The notes under the pieces were generated by a model. That model searched no databases and was not told the DNA's origin. It worked only from the letters and a program-made list of their open reading frames with translations. From assembly GCA_051418015.1 (NCBI GenBank), contig JBPRGF010000018.1:32001-96000 (forward strand): 64,000 nt of DNA, read 5' to 3'. The position numbers were made by a program, and so were the translations under genes. This DNA comes from Candidatus Nitrospinota bacterium M3_3B_026. GTDB lineage: Bacteria; Nitrospinota_A; UBA7883; JBPRGF01. Shown in pieces: positions 62,057 through 64,000 of this stretch (within the stretch, counting starts at the first letter, position 1; each line of letters starts with the position of its first letter).

Positions 62057-63426
62057 GACCCTTTCCTCACGAGCCGGGCCGCGTGGAAGCCGTCCATCCC
62101 GCCGTCGCCCGGAAGCGCGAAAAAGCCGCCCCGCCCGTCGACAAAATCCGCCGCCTCCGCCGCGCCGCCGCGGGCCCCGTCCCTTTTGAAATCCACCCTG
62201 TTCTCCAGAAACCTCTCCACGATCATGACCCCTTCCTCGGGCTCTATCGAGCAGACAGAGTAAACCAAAGCTCCCCCCGGCGCCAAGCTGTCCGCGGCGC
62301 GGTTTATCATTTCCCACTGCAACCTTGCCATCTCGAGGATAAGCCCGGCGTCCTTGTTCCATTTGCCTTCAGGGTGACGCCTCAATGTCCCCGTGGCCGA
62401 GCAGGGCGCGTCCAGGAATATCCTTTCGAAGGGGCGCCGCGCGGGCCATGGCGCCGCGGCGTCGGCCAGGACGGGGCGGGCGATTCGAACGCCAAGCCTG
62501 CTCATGTTCCGGGCGCTCTCCGCGAGCCTGGCCTGTGAGCCGTCGAGGAGGAGCAGGGTCCCCCTGTTCTCCATCCACTGGGCGAAGGCGCCGCTTTTTA
62601 TCCCCTTGCCGCAACAGGCGTCCGCCACCGTCTCGCCCGGAGCCGCGCCGAGCAGGCCCGCGGCGACGATCGACGAGGCGTCCTGCGGCTGGATATACCC
62701 GAGCCTGACCGGGGCGGACTCGGGCGTGATCCTGCCCCCCGTCAGCCTGTAGCAGTCTCTGGCCCAGGGAACAGGCGCCGCCTCCAGCCCCCAGCCTTCG
62801 AGGCTTTTCTCAAAATCCTCCGGACTGGTCTTCAGCCTGTTCAGGCGGAAGAAGACCGGCGCTCGCTCGTTCGATTGTCTCATGACCCTTTCGGCTGTCT
62901 CGAGCCCGAAGTTTTTTATCCAGCGCCGGGCGAGCCAGTCGGGGAAGGAGTGAATCCGGCCCAGTCTGGCGTGATCGGGCAGACCCTGGGGCAGGAGTTT
63001 TTCGACGGTTTCCCGCAAAGGCCGCCCGCTCGCTATCCCGGCGGCCCGGCGAAGGACGGCGTTCACGAAACCAGCGGCGCGTCTGCTCTGGGGCTGGTTT
63101 TTGGCCAGGGCCACCGTCTCGCTCACCGCGGCGTAGGCGGGGGTGGACGACATGGCGGCGGCCTGGTAAAGCCCCATCCGCAGAAGCGCCATGACGACGG
63201 GCGGCCCGATCCTGTCCGGCGCCCTGTCCGAGGCTTTTTCGATGATCGTGTCCAGCGCCCGCCTCCAGCGCGTGACGCCGTGGACGATCTCCGAGACGAA
63301 GGCGGAGTCCAAGTCTCCGAGAGAGCCCTTCGCGCGCCCGGCGGCCAGCAGGGCGTCTATCCTGGCCTTGCGCCGCTCCAACTCGACGAGGATTTTCAGG
63401 GCTGAGAGTCTTGGCCTGTCAACCAA
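62053..63426 (-). CDS. rsmB: 16S rRNA m5C967 methyltransferase
   Basis: NusB-like N-terminus (FVNAVLR), QDASS, DAPCSATG..RRHP, YSVCSI..EEG. Confidence 0.92.
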   Translation of the reverse strand: MVDRPRLSALKILVELERRKARIDALLAAGRAKGSLGDLDSAFVSEIVHGVTRWRRALDTIIEKASDRAPDRIGPPVVMALLRMGLYQAAAMSSTPAYAAVSETVALAKNQPQSRRAAGFVNAVLRRAAGIASGRPLRETVEKLLPQGLPDHARLGRIHSFPDWLARRWIKNFGLETAERVMRQSNERAPVFFRLNRLKTSPEDFEKSLEGWGLEAAPVPWARDCYRLTGGRITPESAPVRLGYIQPQDASSIVAAGLLGAAPGETVADACCGKGIKSGAFAQWMENRGTLLLLDGSQARLAESARNMSRLGVRIARPVLADAAAPWPARRPFERIFLDAPCSATGTLRRHPEGKWNKDAGLILEMARLQWEMINRAADSLAPGGALVYSVCSIEPEEGVMIVERFLENRVDFKRDGARGGAAEAADFVDGRGGFFALPGDGGMDGFHAARLVRKGS

Positions 63427-63455
63427 CGGGGTTTTCGGCGGAGGGCTTGCCCGCC

Positions 63456-63803
63456 CTAGCCGGGAGGCCAGTTCATGGGCCGGCCTCCCAGAACGTGGAG
63501 GTGCAGGTGCATGACCATCTGGCCCGCGCCGCGGCCGGTGTTGTTGACGATCCTGAAGCCGGATTTGTCTATCCCCTTCTCCCTTGCTATGCGGTTGGCC
63601 AGGAGGTACGCCTCGCCGATCGTTTTCGCGTCCTCATCGGCCAGGCCGAGGCTGGACTCCACGTGTTTTTTGGGGACTATCAGCACGTGGACGGGAGCCT
63701 GGGGGTTGATGTCCTCGAAAGCGAAAAGGGACTCCGTTTCCGCCACCTTGTTGCACGGTGTGTCGCCGGATATGATCTTGCAGAAAACGCAATCCTCGCT
63801 CAT
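63456..63803 (-). CDS. HIT family nucleotide-binding protein
   Basis: DCVFCKI, DINPQAPVH, HLHLH.LGGR..NWPPG. Confidence 0.93.
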   Translation of the reverse strand: MSEDCVFCKIISGDTPCNKVAETESLFAFEDINPQAPVHVLIVPKKHVESSLGLADEDAKTIGEAYLLANRIAREKGIDKSGFRIVNNTGRGAGQMVMHLHLHVLGGRPMNWPPG

Positions 63804-63879
63804 GAGCAAATTCTACATTACACCACCGGGCGGAGCAACAACGATCGGCTTCTCGCCTCCGGGCGTGCGCTGAAAGATG

Positions 63880-63908
63880 TTTACCCCGGCCGCCGCAAAG
63901 AATATAAT
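63880..63908 (+). promoter_or_regulatory. Candidate sigma70 promoter
   Basis: TTTACC-N17-TATAAT upstream of the ATG at 63940. Confidence 0.45.
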
Positions 63909-63939
63909 TGTGAAAAAAGGGGTTACATCGAAGCGATTG

Positions 63940-64000
63940 ATGGAAAGACAGGGCGCGGCGGCGGTATCGGCGTTGGTTCTTTTGCTTGTCCTGTCTGTCG
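63940..64000 (+). CDS. Partial ORF starting with a signal-peptide-like sequence (runs off the window)
   Basis: MERQGAAAVSALVLLLVLSV... Confidence 0.45.
   Translation, partial: MERQGAAAVSALVLLLVLSV

Overview
A GC-rich, densely coding bacterial chromosomal segment, probably from a diderm; the gene content is loosely Nitrospinota/deltaproteobacteria-like, which is a tentative guess. Most of it is housekeeping: cobC-cobU-cobS, lipA, dnaE, guaBA, nadK, yggS-proC-yggT-yggU, an LptF-type permease, ppdK, ribD-ribE-ribBA-ribH-nusB, holA, rpsT, yicC-gmk, rpmH-rnpA-yidD-yidC-jag, hrcA-grpE, rsmI, rsmB and a HIT gene. The first ~11.5 kb is more accessory. It holds a decaheme c-type lipoprotein with an Asp/His tail, divergent from a MacA-like adaptor plus ABC ATPase that has no adjacent permease. 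It also holds a 56-aa basic protein missed by the ORF track, an atypical PEPCK-like enzyme, hicAB followed by an AT-rich DUF2971-like gene, a beta-propeller lipoprotein and a small cytochrome c with Cys where the axial Met is expected. Signalling genes include an adenylate cyclase with tandem FHA domains, a pseudo-receiver-TPR protein, two HD-GYP phosphodiesterases and a kinase-less PASTA protein. Several degenerate intergenic palindromic (REP/MITE-like) elements are present. I recognised no tRNA, rRNA, CRISPR array, intact transposase or prophage. All calls come from reading motifs by eye; no database searches were run, and start codons were adjusted manually where noted.
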